The notes under the pieces: model-generated | Database searches by the model: none | What the model saw: only the letters and a program-made list of their open reading frames with translations | What the model was told of the DNA's origin: nothing | Made by a program: the position numbers and the translations under genes | Shown: positions 62,243 to 64,000 of the stretch, in pieces | How the letters are laid out: each line of letters begins with the position of its first letter | Position numbering within the stretch: the first letter of the stretch is position 1 | Source: Mytilus californianus | Taxonomy: Eukaryota | Reading direction: 5' to 3' | DNA length: 64,000 bases | Assembly (NCBI RefSeq): GCF_021869535.1 | Contig: NW_026262690.1 | Span: forward strand, 83,204,001-83,268,000

Positions 62243-62916
62243 AACAAGCATTCTGTGAGTATTGCATGGCAATACAGTCCCCTACTAGTTATAAATTCAT
62301 TGTAATGGAACGAATTTCTAACTTGATCTATAACTTGTCATGGTGTAAACTACATAAAAATATCAAGTCAAAATCTTCAAGCATGACGAAAAAAACTGTT
62401 GAAAACTGATTATTTAAGTGAATTTTCTATGTCCAAAGACCATAAGTCTGCACAAAATTATCAGACTGGAACAAAATTCCAACTTGATCTGTAACTAAAG
62501 TCATGATAAAACTATATACTAATTATCAAATCAATATCTTCAAGAATGACAAACAAACCTACCACTAAATTCTTCAAACAATTTACCAAAGAAAAGGAAA
62601 AAAATCCAAAATGTCATTTAGTCTTTTAAAAAATGAGTTATTTCCCTTTGAACAGAAATCTACTAATTAATAAGTATTTCATCAAAAATTTAATTCTAGG
62701 GAAAGGGCTTTAACTGAACAAAGAGAAAAGCTAAAATTGTGAAAATTGAACTTGACCTGTAACTTGTCATGATAAATCAATAAACTAAATATCAAATCAA
62801 TATCTTCAAGCACCAAGAAAAAAGTCTGGAAAACTGATTTGCCAGACTGACAGATGGACAGACAGACAGATAGAGTGCAAATCTAAAGTCCCCTTCGTCG
62901 GTAGGGGACTAATAAA
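62243..62916 (-). mobile_element. HINE-like element family D
   Basis: gtattgcatggcaatac hairpin, agtcccctac / gtaggggact repeats and (gaca)n microsatellite. Homologous to 9462-9828. Confidence 0.7.
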
Positions 62917-63069
62917 ACAATATTACACTCCTTATATTTTTTCCGCAAACTTAAAATAGTCACTATACAATAGTAAGAATTTTGTGGAAAAAGTATTGTT
63001 TGCTATAATTTTAACAACTTTTATTAGACAATACTTGTGTCTTACCCCTTTGTTCTTTATTTACACATG

Positions 63070-63260
63070 GCAGCTATGTTGATTGGCTAGAAGGTTAATT
63101 GGACATAATTTTTAAACCAGATACTCTGCTCATGTTTGTGGTCAATTTTGGTTGCAATCAATGGTCTGGTAGTTTCAGAGATGATTTTTGTTAACAGATG
63201 ATGAAGGATGTCAAGTGATGAATATAGCTTACTCTGTTCCTTTGGGCCAGATGAGCTAAA
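63070..63260 (-). repeat. Degenerate 5' end of HINE-like family A
   Basis: ctttgggccagatgagctaaa (~63240-63260) is the reverse complement of the family A start. Confidence 0.55.
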
Positions 63261-64000
63261 TACAAAACTCCTTTACCCATTTTGACCAGGCTCAGATGAA
63301 AATGTTCTTGGATGGCACCTTTAAAATTTTTGGATTTTCTCCAGTCTTCACTCCCTCTTGCATAGCTCTGATTCCTTAGCTGTGATTAACTAAACCTTTT
63401 TTGTTCATTCAATGCTTGTTTAAGGTTCTGGATTCCAAAATATTTGAAGTGTCACTATTAGTTGAAATGTGCAGAACACGGCACTTGCTTCTTATTAACA
63501 ACCCTCACTAGCAATGAACTCAAACATTTTACCAGTAGAGATGAATTCAAACTGCAATTTGGTAAAAATATTTTATTGGGTAGGAAATAAAACCCTTCCC
63601 CGTATTCAGTTGATGTTTGCCTGGCCATTTACATTTTTGCAAATTAAACTGTCCCCTTGAATAAATACAATAGCAATTGTTCTCTGTGGAGTTCTTTTGA
63701 TGGAAAATTAAAATTTCTCCTTGGAAAAAATAATCATTCATTGATTAATTTGGCTGTACAAAAAAAATAAACCAGTGATTTGAAGATGCAAGATACTATT
63801 TTCATTTCACATTTAACAACATTGCTGTATGAAAGCTACTTTAAAGTAAAGCAGATGTGACCCTTTTCTTTTCATATAAAGATATATTATGGGCGTAATG
63901 AAGACAAACCAAAAGGGTTTAACCCCTGCCTTCTGTTTACGTACAAGTCCCATGTCTTCTCATTTGTAGCTGCTTTTTCTTATTTGTATGTTAAGGAATT

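Noticed and set aside
63547-63741. Minus-strand 64-aa ORF with a plausible acceptor, as a terminal exon of a neighbouring gene
   Set aside because: No recognisable homology and no partner exon within the window.

Overview
AT-rich, intron-rich animal genomic DNA, not prokaryotic. The repeat families point to a bivalve mollusc, probably a Mytilus-type mussel (inference from recalled repeat structure). I reconstructed four spliced genes by hand with canonical splice sites and open frames: the first 5 coding exons of eIF4A3 (minus strand, runs off the left edge), an uncharacterised 5-exon 389-aa gene (+), complete COMMD1 (minus, 184 aa) and complete INTS7 (+, 20 exons, 933 aa). COMMD1 and INTS7 lie head-to-head with 260 bp between their ATGs. 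Introns and intergenic DNA are packed with non-autonomous Helentron-type (HINE/DINE-like) elements carrying internal tandem arrays, plus MITEs, tRNA-derived SINEs, a CR1/L2-group LINE, a Penelope-like fragment, a truncated Gypsy element and a decayed THAP-DDE (ISL2EU/Harbinger-type) transposase. The most notable observations are: a 135-bp inverted duplication that would pair with the whole 3' splice site of in-frame INTS7 exon 13; a minimal type I hammerhead ribozyme in sense orientation in eIF4A3 intron 4; a composite element made of two 469-bp TIR-bearing direct repeats (KolobokP-like) inserted in a 166-bp satellite; the chimeric-looking orphan gene; a U12-type intron in INTS7; and a triplicated splice donor at INTS7 exon 19. 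All family assignments come from motif recognition; no database search was run.
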